DNA of 64,000 nt from an uncultured bacterium (GCA_937996685.1 CALKUP010000006.1:1-64000); one strand, 5' to 3'. Counted from the first letter of the stretch, positions 20,222 through 30,271 are shown. Notes: a model not told the origin generated them from the letters alone. Translations and numbers: made by a program.

Positions 20222-21835
20222 ATGGATTTTTTCACACCCTCTCAATCAACGCTTTTTTTGTTAGAGATTATTTTATGGACAACAGGCATTACAGCCGGCA
20301 TCGGTAAGGTGTTATTTTGGACAGGAATCATTCGAATACACCACTACCGAATGAGTCGTTTTATTGATTTTCTCGGAACGAAACAAGGGATTGCACTACT
20401 TGCCCACCCTGTTGGAATTTCTGATGCAATACTCGCGCTCTGCCTGGTATTGCTTTTGCAATTTTACGACACAACACATCTTTTGTGGAATCAATTTTTA
20501 TTCGCTTCTATTCTCCTCTATCTATCACACATTGCGTGGTACGTGCATGCGGTAAAGCCACAACATCGTTTCAGATTTCAGTCATTTGTTATCGGGGCTA
20601 CTGCTATCGTACTTTCCTTGCTGGGCGCAACGCTTCTCTATACATACTTCCCATTACCGTCCGTGATTGATGTTGCTGTGTTTCAAGTAGCGATCCCGAT
20701 ATTTGGAGTCGCGACAACAGCCCTTATTTCTTGGATTACCGGTGTCTCAGAGCGACTGGTGAGCGCAAAAGCACGGGCGCGCATTGAGAGCATGCAACCG
20801 ATTATTATTGCAATGAGTGGGACACACGGACGAAGCACAACTCGCACAGCTCTTGAGCACATACTTGCTTCTTCATACAATGTATTGTCGATACCTGCTC
20901 ATGCAGACGAATCACTTGCTGAAACGATATTCAACCAATTGTCTGAAGAACACCAAATCGTACTCTATGAAATTGACCCAACATCACCAGAAGATGTTGT
21001 GATGAGCCTCGCAGTTGCGCCACCTATTGTACTCGTGATTCCAGCAATTGAAGAGTCGTATATCCACGTACCGTTTATTGACCAAACACAGTTTTCAAAA
21101 AGCTACGTACAGATGATTGAGGCTTTGCCAAATAACGGGCTTGTCGTACTGAATGCTGATGATGCAAAAACAGCAATCCTTGCGGAACATAGTGCCGCAC
21201 GTGTAAAGTATTTTTCACTTCAGTCAGTTGCGCACGCCTATCTCCGAAGTGTTTCGCTGCAATCGGAATTCATTGATTGTGAAATTTCTGTTGGGTCACA
21301 AAAAAGAACCCTACATATTCCTGCAATTGGCACTGAACCAATCGCCGCGCTGCTTGCTAGTAGCATTGTCGCTGAACATCTTGGCATCGCCATAGAAGCG
21401 GTTGCGCATGCGGTCGAAGGATCAAGCGCACCACACGGCACGACGACTGTGTCATACGGCGTCAATCACGCATTCATTATGAACGCAACAGCTCTTTCTA
21501 GTTATTCAGAAATTCGATCAGCATTCGATTATGCAAGCATTCACACAACAAAAGAAAAGGTGCTTCTTATCGACACACGCCAGCAAGCACTTTGGCGCCT
21601 AACACTCCCCTTTTGTGTTGATATTATTAACCAATACATGTTTATTGGATCCGAAGGAAAAACTGTTCGTGATATCTGTATAAAAGAATATAACATTCAA
21701 CCAGAACGCATGCACCTTCTTTCAAATAGCCGTAAGGCAGCTGACGCATTACGAACATCCATGACCCCACAGCACCTCGTTATTGCACTTGGTCCCCTGC
21801 CTTCAAGAGTTCAAGAAGTGCTGCAAACACCGTAA
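20222..21835 (+). CDS. Mur-ligase-family protein with ~180-aa polytopic membrane N-terminal domain; P-loop GTHGRSTT (Lys->Arg)
   Basis: About five TM helices, then a Mur ligase central domain (AMSGTHGRSTTRTAL, NADD motif in VLNADDA) and a Mur-ligase C-domain. Confidence 0.6.
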   Translation: MDFFTPSQSTLFLLEIILWTTGITAGIGKVLFWTGIIRIHHYRMSRFIDFLGTKQGIALLAHPVGISDAILALCLVLLLQFYDTTHLLWNQFLFASILLYLSHIAWYVHAVKPQHRFRFQSFVIGATAIVLSLLGATLLYTYFPLPSVIDVAVFQVAIPIFGVATTALISWITGVSERLVSAKARARIESMQPIIIAMSGTHGRSTTRTALEHILASSYNVLSIPAHADESLAETIFNQLSEEHQIVLYEIDPTSPEDVVMSLAVAPPIVLVIPAIEESYIHVPFIDQTQFSKSYVQMIEALPNNGLVVLNADDAKTAILAEHSAARVKYFSLQSVAHAYLRSVSLQSEFIDCEISVGSQKRTLHIPAIGTEPIAALLASSIVAEHLGIAIEAVAHAVEGSSAPHGTTTVSYGVNHAFIMNATALSSYSEIRSAFDYASIHTTKEKVLLIDTRQQALWRLTLPFCVDIINQYMFIGSEGKTVRDICIKEYNIQPERMHLLSNSRKAADALRTSMTPQHLVIALGPLPSRVQEVLQTP

Positions 21836-21846
21836 GTAGACGTCTG

Positions 21847-23115
21847 TTATGCGCTAATAACCGTCATGCCAAATGTATACGGATGCAACGCGCTTGGGAT
21901 GCGGATAGAACCATCTGCTTGCTGACCATTTTCAAGAATTGCGATTGGCAAACGCGATAACGCAACAGCTGTGCCATTCAGTGTGTGCGTTAACTCTTTT
22001 GTTCCGTTCGCTGTTTTATAAAACATATTCAAACGACGGGACTGGTAATCTGTACAATTTGATGCAGATGTCACTTCACCAAAATCATTTTTAAATGGCA
22101 TCCAAGCCTCGATGTCATACTTTCGATACGCACTCGCACCGAGATCCGCATCACAAATATCAACGAGACGATACGGCAATTCCAGTGACTGCATAATGTC
22201 TTCTTCGAGCGCACGAATGGCTTCATGCTCTGCTGCAGAATCTTCTGGTTTACAGACAACAAATAATTCTACTTTTGCGAATTGATGCACGCGATACAGC
22301 CCTCGAGACTCCTTCCCGTACGCTCCATCTTCTGTTCGAAAACAATGTGACAATGCAACAATACGCTGCGGTGTATCAAGCTCTCCCGCTTCAAACACAC
22401 GTTTTTTAAAGTACCCCGCAACAGGAATTTCCGCAGTTGCCACCAGCCCAAGATCAGTGCCTTCAAGGCTGTAAATTTGCGTTTCATTACCACGCGGGTT
22501 ATAACCAGTGCCTTGCAAGATTTCATGTTTTGCAACATCCGGTGTGATCATTGGAGTAAAGCCGGCGGCAATTGCTTTTTGCATTGCGAATTGAATCAAG
22601 GCTGTTTCTAAAATAGCCAATCCACCTTTTTTATAATAAAACCCTCGTCCAGCAACTTCAGCCCCTCGTTCAAAGTCGAGAATATCTAAATCAGCCCCAA
22701 GAACAACATGATCTTTTGGTTCAAAATCAAATGTTGTCGGTTCTAAAAACCGTGACAATTCAACACTATCTGCCTCTTCCATTCCATGTGGAACATCCGG
22801 GTGCGTCATATTTGGCACCTGCAAATAGAGTTCCTGGAACGCACTATGCGCCGCTTCAGCTGCTGACTCTAACTGCGCAAGCTCTTCTTTTAATTGCTTC
22901 CCTTCTTCAACCAGTGACTGATCAGCCCCTTTTGACGCTTTTAATTGCTCTGCAATGCTGTTGCGACGACGACGCAAATCATCGACCGCTCCAATTGCTG
23001 CTCGGCGCTGATCATCAAGTTCGAGCAATTCAGTGATACGAATGTCCATGCGACGACGTTCGCAGTTTTTCTGCACTTCTTTAGGGTGTTGGCGAATATA
23101 TTCAATATCAATCAT
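21847..23115 (-). CDS. serS: Seryl-tRNA synthetase
   Basis: N-terminal tRNA-binding coiled coil and a class II catalytic core (GLYRVHQFAKVELF). Confidence 0.93.
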   Translation of the reverse strand: MIDIEYIRQHPKEVQKNCERRRMDIRITELLELDDQRRAAIGAVDDLRRRRNSIAEQLKASKGADQSLVEEGKQLKEELAQLESAAEAAHSAFQELYLQVPNMTHPDVPHGMEEADSVELSRFLEPTTFDFEPKDHVVLGADLDILDFERGAEVAGRGFYYKKGGLAILETALIQFAMQKAIAAGFTPMITPDVAKHEILQGTGYNPRGNETQIYSLEGTDLGLVATAEIPVAGYFKKRVFEAGELDTPQRIVALSHCFRTEDGAYGKESRGLYRVHQFAKVELFVVCKPEDSAAEHEAIRALEEDIMQSLELPYRLVDICDADLGASAYRKYDIEAWMPFKNDFGEVTSASNCTDYQSRRLNMFYKTANGTKELTHTLNGTAVALSRLPIAILENGQQADGSIRIPSALHPYTFGMTVISA

Positions 23116-23133
23116 AAATACTCTATTTGAAAA

Positions 23134-25233
23134 TTAAAGCTGTTGCATCGCACGAATTGTTAACTCCAATACATCATCAACAGATGTTTCCGGAAGCCAT
23201 TCTGGAATTTTTTGAATCCACTCACGATCAACTCCGCGGGCAAATGATTTGTCTTTCAATTTTTTCTTGACGCTTTTCAGCTCAAGTTGCGCAATGTCTT
23301 TATCTGGACGAACTGCAACACAGGCTGCAATAAGGCCTGTGACCTGCTCACACGAACGCAGTGCTTTTGCAAGCAGTGTGTGAGGGTCCCCACTGTTATT
23401 ATGCGGATTATGCAATTCAACAGCTCGGACAATCACAGGGTCAATACCCTTCGCCGTTAACCACTGTGCACCAAGAATGGCATGCTCTGTGTGAATAGAG
23501 TCAGGGTGGCAACTTTCATAATCAATATCATGTAACACACCTGCGACATACCACGCTTCTGGATTCTTCGCGCCAAACCGCTCTGCAAGCGCTGCCATTT
23601 GCTCTCCAACGGCACGATTATGATAACGAAGCGCGTCACTTTGAATTTTTTCTTCCATCCACGCATCAGCTTCTGCGCGTGTAATTCCTGGGTCGCACTC
23701 TTCAAGACTTGCATCACCTGCAACTTCTTCAGCAGAAATCGTGACTTCTTCTGTTGTCGCTGGCTCTGCGGTGCCATGTTTTGGCCGATACAGTGGAAAC
23801 AATACAGCATCACGAATGGACATGTCCATTAAAAATGAAAACAACCGTTCAGAAAAACCGAAGCCGAATGTCGGTGGCATTCCGTGCTCTAGTGCTTCAA
23901 CAAATTCCTCATCGTTCATCTGCGCCTCTCCATCACCTTGCGCCCGTAATTCCGCTTGATGCTCGAAACGCTCACGTTGATCAATTGGATCATTTAACTC
24001 TGAATAGCCATTTCCAACTTCACTGCCGGCAATAATCACCTGGAAACGCTCAACAACTTCTGGGTTATCTGAGTGTCGTTTTGCAAGCGGTGAAACAGAA
24101 ACAGGATGATTAATCAGCAATGCTGGGCCGGCAATTTTTTTACGACACTGTTTCCACAGAGAGTCGATTAAGCGTCCTTTTCCTGATCCAGCTTCAACCA
24201 GGATATCATGCCGCGCACAAACAGCTCGCAATTCTTCCTCTGTCGCTGTTAATACATTCACGCCAAATTGTTGTTCAACGGCCGTTGCGTAATCAATAAT
24301 TTCCCATTCTTTTTCAAAGTCAATATCAAAACCACGAATATGACATTGCAATGTACCGAGGGTCTCTTTAATAATATGTCGATACATACGTTTCACAAAG
24401 TCCATGCCTTTTGTGTAATCTGCGTATGCCCAATAACACTCCATTTGAGAGTAGTCTTGCAGATGTTCCGGACTCATGCCTTCATTACGAAATTGTCGTC
24501 CGATTTCAAATGTTTTTTCAAAACCTGCAACCATTAATCGCTTTTGCCATAACTCACCCATGGAGATACGCAGATACACATCAATATCAAGAGCATTGTG
24601 ATGTGTCATAAATGGTGTCGCGTCTGCTCCGCCAGTGGTATTTTCTAATACCGGAGTTTCTACTTCCAAAAATCCATCATTCAATAAAAATTGACGCGTC
24701 GCATTCCAAAATCGCGCTTTCGCAATAAAGACATCACGCAACTCTGGTCGCAGTAACAAATCAATATATCGCTTGCGAAGCTTTGTTTCATCGTCTTGAA
24801 TTCCATGCCATTTGTCTGGCAGTGGTTGCAGTGCTTTTGTTAATATCCGTAATTCAGACACAAGCAATGACTGCTCCCCTTTTTTCGTAATAAATGCAAC
24901 GCCTGTACATTCAATAATATCACCTGCGCCAATCGTATGTGTCGCCCAATCAAATAGCACCTCACCTGTCTGTTCGCTACTTACAACAATTTGGACATCA
25001 CCACTTGCGTCACGTAATCGTAAAAAAATCAACTTTCCGTGTTCTCGTTTGAGCAAAACGCGGCCAGCCAAGATACGAGCTTCTTGTGAGTCATGGAGCT
25101 CCTTAAAGCGATTAAAAAAATCACCGACAATAGTATTGCGATTGCTATCCGCTGGGTATGGATTTACACCATTTGCGCGCAAATTATTTGCGACTTCTAA
25201 TCGTACGTCAAATTCTGTTTTGTGTTCACTCAT
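23134..25233 (-). CDS. lysS: Lysyl-tRNA synthetase (class II) fused in-frame to a C-terminal YqeK-like HD-domain phosphohydrolase
   Basis: LysRS N-terminal OB fold and class II core (~500 aa), then ~190 aa with HD-domain motifs: HNRAVGE...LAERFGA...VLHDID...HTEHAILGAQWL...ELHNPHNNSG. Start set at the ATG MSEHKTEF (25233); a GTG at 25266 lies inside the greA terminator hairpin. Confidence 0.88.
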   Translation of the reverse strand: MSEHKTEFDVRLEVANNLRANGVNPYPADSNRNTIVGDFFNRFKELHDSQEARILAGRVLLKREHGKLIFLRLRDASGDVQIVVSSEQTGEVLFDWATHTIGAGDIIECTGVAFITKKGEQSLLVSELRILTKALQPLPDKWHGIQDDETKLRKRYIDLLLRPELRDVFIAKARFWNATRQFLLNDGFLEVETPVLENTTGGADATPFMTHHNALDIDVYLRISMGELWQKRLMVAGFEKTFEIGRQFRNEGMSPEHLQDYSQMECYWAYADYTKGMDFVKRMYRHIIKETLGTLQCHIRGFDIDFEKEWEIIDYATAVEQQFGVNVLTATEEELRAVCARHDILVEAGSGKGRLIDSLWKQCRKKIAGPALLINHPVSVSPLAKRHSDNPEVVERFQVIIAGSEVGNGYSELNDPIDQRERFEHQAELRAQGDGEAQMNDEEFVEALEHGMPPTFGFGFSERLFSFLMDMSIRDAVLFPLYRPKHGTAEPATTEEVTISAEEVAGDASLEECDPGITRAEADAWMEEKIQSDALRYHNRAVGEQMAALAERFGAKNPEAWYVAGVLHDIDYESCHPDSIHTEHAILGAQWLTAKGIDPVIVRAVELHNPHNNSGDPHTLLAKALRSCEQVTGLIAACVAVRPDKDIAQLELKSVKKKLKDKSFARGVDREWIQKIPEWLPETSVDDVLELTIRAMQQL

Positions 25234-25241
25234 ACGTGTGT

Positions 25242-25274
25242 AAAAAAAATATACTGCGCTCTTCACGCAGTATA
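25242..25274 (-). terminator. Rho-independent terminator after greA, abutting lysS start
   Basis: Minus strand: ATATACTGCG-TGAAGAG-CGCAGTATAT then TTTTTTTT. It lies 8 nt before the lysS ATG. Confidence 0.55.
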
Positions 25275-25302
25275 TCAGACAAAATGTCTTAATTCAAGCG
25301 CT

Positions 25303-25770
25303 TTACGCAACTGTTTTAATTGTGTAGGTCATCTCGCCGCCAGGTGTTTTTACCAATGAGGTATCACCAACATTCTTTCCAATCAATGCATCACCAAGTG
25401 GGGATTCATTTGAAATGCGTTGTTCACTTGGGTTTGCTTCAGATGATCCAACAATTGTCACCGTGAATTCACCAGTTTCTTTTGAAGAAATAGTCACTGT
25501 TGAGCCGATTTGAACTGTTGAGTTATTTTTCTTATGGTGAATAACTTCTGTGTTTTTTAAAATTTGCTCCAATTCAGCGATACGAGATTCAGCAAAACCT
25601 TGCTCATCCTTGGCTTCATGGTACTCAGCATTTTCTGACAAGTCGCCTAATTCTTTTGCTTCCGCAATACGGTTTGCGATTTCACGTCGTTTATTGACCT
25701 TCAAATCTTCTAATTCTTCTTGAATTTTTTCAAGTCCTTCAGGGGTAACGTAGTTCTTTTTTTCTTCCAT
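25303..25770 (-). CDS. greA: Transcription elongation factor GreA
   Basis: N-terminal coiled coil with a conserved acidic tip (DLSENAEY) and a C-terminal FKBP-like domain. Confidence 0.9.
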   Translation of the reverse strand: MEEKKNYVTPEGLEKIQEELEDLKVNKRREIANRIAEAKELGDLSENAEYHEAKDEQGFAESRIAELEQILKNTEVIHHKKNNSTVQIGSTVTISSKETGEFTVTIVGSSEANPSEQRISNESPLGDALIGKNVGDTSLVKTPGGEMTYTIKTVA

Positions 25771-25848
25771 AAAATTTCATTAATATCACAATTTTCTTTG
25801 TGTATTCAAAGAGTATACGCGAATCAGAAAGGACTGTCAATGCATCAA

Positions 25849-27828
25849 TCATTGACTAATATTGGCAAAATTGCTTGGATTTTTAAAGTATTCCGCCAAC
25901 ACTTCCCGTGCAATTGGAACCGCTGTATCGTTTGACCCAGCTCCTTCTTCGACCATGACAGTAATCGCAATCGTCGGCTTGTCATATGGTGCAAAGGCTG
26001 TAAACCAGGCATGCGTTTTATCTTTTTTTCCAAATTGCGCTGTTCCGGTTTTGCCGGCTGATGGCACTGGAACTGCTGTATTTAATGAGCGCGCTGAACC
26101 AGCCGTCACAGTTTGACGCATACCCTCGCGCACAACTGCAATACTCTCAGGACTGACCACTTGCTGGTTTTTCACAATCGGCGTTGTCACAGTTTCAGCA
26201 TTTGTTTGTGAGTCAACTGTTGCATGCACCAAGTGTGGCTGGTAATACGTTCCGCCATTTGCGATAATACTCGTGTACACCGCAACTTGCAGAGGGGTTA
26301 CTAAAATATCACCTTGTCCAATTGCCAGATGGTATGTGTCACCGATATACCATGGCTCATTTTTCTTCTCCTCTTTCCAGCTTTTTGACGGCAAGAAACC
26401 ATCCGCTTCTCCAGACAGGTCAATTCCTGTTTGAGCCGCAAGACCAAAGCGCCTTGCATACGACACGATTCGTTCAACACCAAGACCTGCACTCGTTTGG
26501 TTATCACCGCCGCCGGCAAGGTAAAAAAATGTATTCACCGATTCTGCAAGCGCTTTGCGCACATTTGTTGCTCCGTGTCCCCCGGCTTTCCAGTCAGGGA
26601 AAAAATATTTATCAATTTTTAAACCACCTGTACTTGAAACTGTTGTGTCAGGTGTTATCACTTTTTCCTCAAGAGCCGCTGCCGCAACAACCATTTTAAA
26701 TGTTGAACCAGAAGGATATTCCCCTGACACCGGTCGATTAAACAACGGCTTCTTCTCGTCTTTTAATAATGCTGTATACGCATCTTGATTAATGCCGCCA
26801 GAAAATGCATTGTTATCAAATGATGGGTATGAGACTAACGCTAAAACCTCCCCATTTTGTGGGTTGATTGCCACCGCACTTGCACCAGGAATTCCCCTAC
26901 TATCAACAACGTGCTGCAGCTTTTCATAAATCAATTTTTGCAAATTTCCATCAATTGAGAGCACAACATTTTTCCCTGAAACCGGCGCTTGCTCATTCAG
27001 GACCCGTTGTGCGCGACCGCGTCGATTCACTTCAACACGACGAACACCGTCAACGCCACGCAAATCAGCTTCATGTGTCTTTTCAATGCCAGACTTACCA
27101 AGCTCGTCATTTAAGCGATACCCACTACTACGCTTTGCCGCATATTCTTCGGCATTCATTTTTGAAATGTAGCCTAAAATATGCGAGTACCACACACCTG
27201 CAGGATATTCTCGATGAAAACTCGCTTCAACTCGCAATCCTGGAACATCTTTCGCAACAATAATCAGCTTCATTGCATCATCATACGACAACCCATCCTT
27301 CAGTAAGGCTGCTTGAGCTGTTGTGTTTGATTCTTTCGCAACCGATGCTACTTCTTCCGTTGATTTCCCAGTGAGACCTGCAATACGCGCAAGAACAGCA
27401 TCGTGTTGATCGTCTCGAGGAATTTCTTTTTCTGTCAAAGTCACGATAAATTGTGGATTGTTCTTTGCGAGCACTTGCCCTGCCCGATCAAAAACAATAC
27501 CACGAGGTGCTTTTTGTACGATTTCTTGCACGCGGTTCCCTTCAGCGAGATCTCTGTAATTATTTTCTGCGATGAGCTGTAGCCAAAATGCACGTCCAAT
27601 TAATGTGCTCAGCACCAAAAGCGCAACCACGAGCACCGTTGTTAATGACGCACGATCCTTTGGTTGCAATAATGTTTGCCCAGGATTTGCACCGCGCACC
27701 TCTTCAGAGGAAACCGAAAACTCATCAATGGCATCAAATTTTTTGCCTCGCGCTACTCGACGAAATAAACGTCGTTGTTTTTTGTTGTATAACTCAAATG
27801 GATTATCTGCCATACGCGTCATAGACAT
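25849..27828 (-). CDS. mrdA: Penicillin-binding protein 2 (class B transpeptidase)
   Basis: N-terminal TM, PBP dimerisation domain, SGSTFK (SxxK), SxN and KTGTAQ (KTG). Last gene of the mreBCD operon. Confidence 0.85.
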   Translation of the reverse strand: MSMTRMADNPFELYNKKQRRLFRRVARGKKFDAIDEFSVSSEEVRGANPGQTLLQPKDRASLTTVLVVALLVLSTLIGRAFWLQLIAENNYRDLAEGNRVQEIVQKAPRGIVFDRAGQVLAKNNPQFIVTLTEKEIPRDDQHDAVLARIAGLTGKSTEEVASVAKESNTTAQAALLKDGLSYDDAMKLIIVAKDVPGLRVEASFHREYPAGVWYSHILGYISKMNAEEYAAKRSSGYRLNDELGKSGIEKTHEADLRGVDGVRRVEVNRRGRAQRVLNEQAPVSGKNVVLSIDGNLQKLIYEKLQHVVDSRGIPGASAVAINPQNGEVLALVSYPSFDNNAFSGGINQDAYTALLKDEKKPLFNRPVSGEYPSGSTFKMVVAAAALEEKVITPDTTVSSTGGLKIDKYFFPDWKAGGHGATNVRKALAESVNTFFYLAGGGDNQTSAGLGVERIVSYARRFGLAAQTGIDLSGEADGFLPSKSWKEEKKNEPWYIGDTYHLAIGQGDILVTPLQVAVYTSIIANGGTYYQPHLVHATVDSQTNAETVTTPIVKNQQVVSPESIAVVREGMRQTVTAGSARSLNTAVPVPSAGKTGTAQFGKKDKTHAWFTAFAPYDKPTIAITVMVEEGAGSNDTAVPIAREVLAEYFKNPSNFANISQ

Positions 27829-28333
27829 TCACCCTGCGACTTAAAAAGAAAATGACAGGTGTTAATACCAAAAACACCAAACCATTCACAACGCTGTTTG
27901 CGAGCAAGGCATGCATATCATCAACTGATAGCAGTGCCCGCCCTGGGAACAAGACAATATGAGAAATAAGCATCTGAGAGAGTAACATCGTGCCTCCTGC
28001 GGCAAATACATTGATCCCAAATGCCAATCCAGCGCGTGTCTTAAATAAAAATTCACTGAAAAATAAAAAGACCAAAACACCAAGGCCATACGACACCGCA
28101 AGCGGCACCGGTGACAGATCGTTCATGTACGTTAAAAAAGACACTCCTACCGCGTAATACCACAATGCTGGCTTCCATTCCTTTAAGAAAAATAATGTCA
28201 GGATTGTCATAAATAGTAGATGAATCCTAATCGCTTGCCCAAACAAAAACCAAGCACTCAAAGAAGTTGCACAAAGTAGTAATAATAAAAAACCGATTGT
28301 ATACCCGAAGATAAAGAATAATTTTTTAGGCAT
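27803..28333 (-). CDS. mreD: Rod shape-determining protein MreD (putative)
   Basis: 176-aa, ~5-TM protein lying between mreC and pbp2. Confidence 0.5.
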   Translation of the reverse strand: MPKKLFFIFGYTIGFLLLLLCATSLSAWFLFGQAIRIHLLFMTILTLFFLKEWKPALWYYAVGVSFLTYMNDLSPVPLAVSYGLGVLVFLFFSEFLFKTRAGLAFGINVFAAGGTMLLSQMLISHIVLFPGRALLSVDDMHALLANSVVNGLVFLVLTPVIFFLSRRVNVYDAYGR

Positions 28334-28336
28334 ATC

Positions 28337-29152
28337 TTATTGCAATACAATAGTTACAAGCGAGGCTTTCTCACCATCAGCCAAAGGGCGCACGGCAGCT
28401 CTTTGGAATAACGCTGTTTTCGCCCCCTCAACTGCTTCAATCGTCCCAATTGGCAACCCCGCTGGAATCAGTGCATCTTGCCCAGATGTTGCAACAATTT
28501 CACCAACTTGCACAACGTCAAACTGCGGGATGTAATCTAAAAATAACGCCACATTAAAATCACCAGATACGATTCCTGGGCTTCGTTTTTCATTTTGAAT
28601 CACTGCACTGACTTTCGATTCAGGGCCTGTAATTAAACGAATAAAACTTGAATCACCGTCAACTTGAGAAATCACACCAAGCAACGCCCCGTTATCGGCA
28701 ATCACCGGCTCGCCAACCGTGACGCCATGCTTCGCTCCTCGATTCACTGTTATCGTTGATAAACCATCAGACAGCGACCGGCCTGTCACCTGTGCTGGAA
28801 TACCTTGCATGTTTCTTTCTGTTAAAAAACTTAACTGCGCGGACGCTTGTTGTGTTTCTTGTAACAGCGCTCTTGATTCAGCCAGCGCTACTGTTGTTGT
28901 ATTGTATTGATCTGAAAGTGTACGATATTTTGCCAATAAATCTTCCTTCGAAAGATTTTCAACAGCCGCGTCTGTTGTTGAGCTGCGATGCGTCAATCGA
29001 TATAAACGAGACTGAACAGGAGAAAGCACATTGGAGACAACTCCCGTGACAGCATCTGTAAGATGCAATAACTGTAAAATAATAATCAACAACGCAATGC
29101 TGCCAATAAAAAAAAGTGAGGTGGAAAATGATGGCAAGCGTTTGCGTACCAT
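28337..29152 (-). CDS. mreC: Rod shape-determining protein MreC
   Basis: N-terminal TM, coiled coil, and two beta-rich MreC domains (GLPIGTI motif). Confidence 0.8.
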   Translation of the reverse strand: MVRKRLPSFSTSLFFIGSIALLIIILQLLHLTDAVTGVVSNVLSPVQSRLYRLTHRSSTTDAAVENLSKEDLLAKYRTLSDQYNTTTVALAESRALLQETQQASAQLSFLTERNMQGIPAQVTGRSLSDGLSTITVNRGAKHGVTVGEPVIADNGALLGVISQVDGDSSFIRLITGPESKVSAVIQNEKRSPGIVSGDFNVALFLDYIPQFDVVQVGEIVATSGQDALIPAGLPIGTIEAVEGAKTALFQRAAVRPLADGEKASLVTIVLQ

Positions 29153-29158
29153 AGTGGT

Positions 29159-30205
29159 TTAATCAAATTCAGATGGTGAGGCAACAAAAAAGTCTTTTGC
29201 TGCATCAATATCTTCAAGAATAATACCTGTACCACGAACAACTGCTGTTAGCGGATCCTCAACGAGATGAACTGGGATTTGAATGTCATTTGCAATCCGT
29301 TTATCAAGGCCGCGCAATAAAGCAGTCCCTCCTGATAATAAAATACCGCGGCTATAAATATCAGCAACTAGCTCAGGCGGTGTGCTCTCTAAGACCATTT
29401 TAATGTTGTCGATAATTAAATGGATTGAACGAGAAATCGCCTCACGGATATGGTTACTGTTAATAGTAATTTCTTTTGGCAGCCCTGAAATAACATCTCG
29501 ACCACGGACTGTCATTTCTAGTAAGTCATCATTTTTATACGCTGAGCCAATTTGAATCTTTGCCTCTTCTGCTGTTGCCTCTCCTAATAAAATATTAAAA
29601 TGGTCACGAACATAGTTCACGATATTTTTATTCAACTCTCCTCCAGCTAGTCGCATTGCACGCCACGACACAATACCGCCGAGAGAAATAACCGCAATCG
29701 ATGTTGTGCCTGAACCACAGTCAACGATTAATTGACCAGCCGAATCTTCAATTGGCAAGCGACTGCCGATTGCTGCAGCCATCGGCTCTGGGATAAGAAA
29801 CACCTGACGCGCTCCTGCGTGCAACACAGCATCTTCAACCGCCTTCCGTTCTACTTCTGTAATATCAAGCGGGATCGCAATCACAACGCGTGGTTTCGCA
29901 ACAATTGATAATGTCTCACGATGTACCGTATCAATGAAATACTTCAACATTTTTTCAGCGATTTCAAAATCTGAGATCACACCATCAACCAACGGATTTG
30001 TCGCGATAATGTGTGGCGGTGTTTTTCCAATCATCTGTTTTGCGGAATGACCAACAGCAATAATCGCGTCTGTTTTCATGTTTACAGCAACAACAGATGG
30101 CTCATTAATCACAATACCCTTCTCTTTTAAAAATAACAGCGTATTGGATGTGCCAATATCAATGCCGATATCACGGGTAAATTGACCAAAAAATCGTTCA
30201 AACAT
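29159..30205 (-). CDS. mreB: Rod shape-determining protein MreB
   Basis: DIGIDIGTSNTLLF phosphate-1 motif and an actin/Hsp70 fold. I chose the ATG at MFERFFGQF; the longer ORF starts at 30259. Confidence 0.9.
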   Translation of the reverse strand: MFERFFGQFTRDIGIDIGTSNTLLFLKEKGIVINEPSVVAVNMKTDAIIAVGHSAKQMIGKTPPHIIATNPLVDGVISDFEIAEKMLKYFIDTVHRETLSIVAKPRVVIAIPLDITEVERKAVEDAVLHAGARQVFLIPEPMAAAIGSRLPIEDSAGQLIVDCGSGTTSIAVISLGGIVSWRAMRLAGGELNKNIVNYVRDHFNILLGEATAEEAKIQIGSAYKNDDLLEMTVRGRDVISGLPKEITINSNHIREAISRSIHLIIDNIKMVLESTPPELVADIYSRGILLSGGTALLRGLDKRIANDIQIPVHLVEDPLTAVVRGTGIILEDIDAAKDFFVASPSEFD

Positions 30206-30271
30206 AGTCAACGTACTATAGCCCATTATAGGCCCCTGGTCAAACAGGTACCTGAACACATTTTGTGTTCA

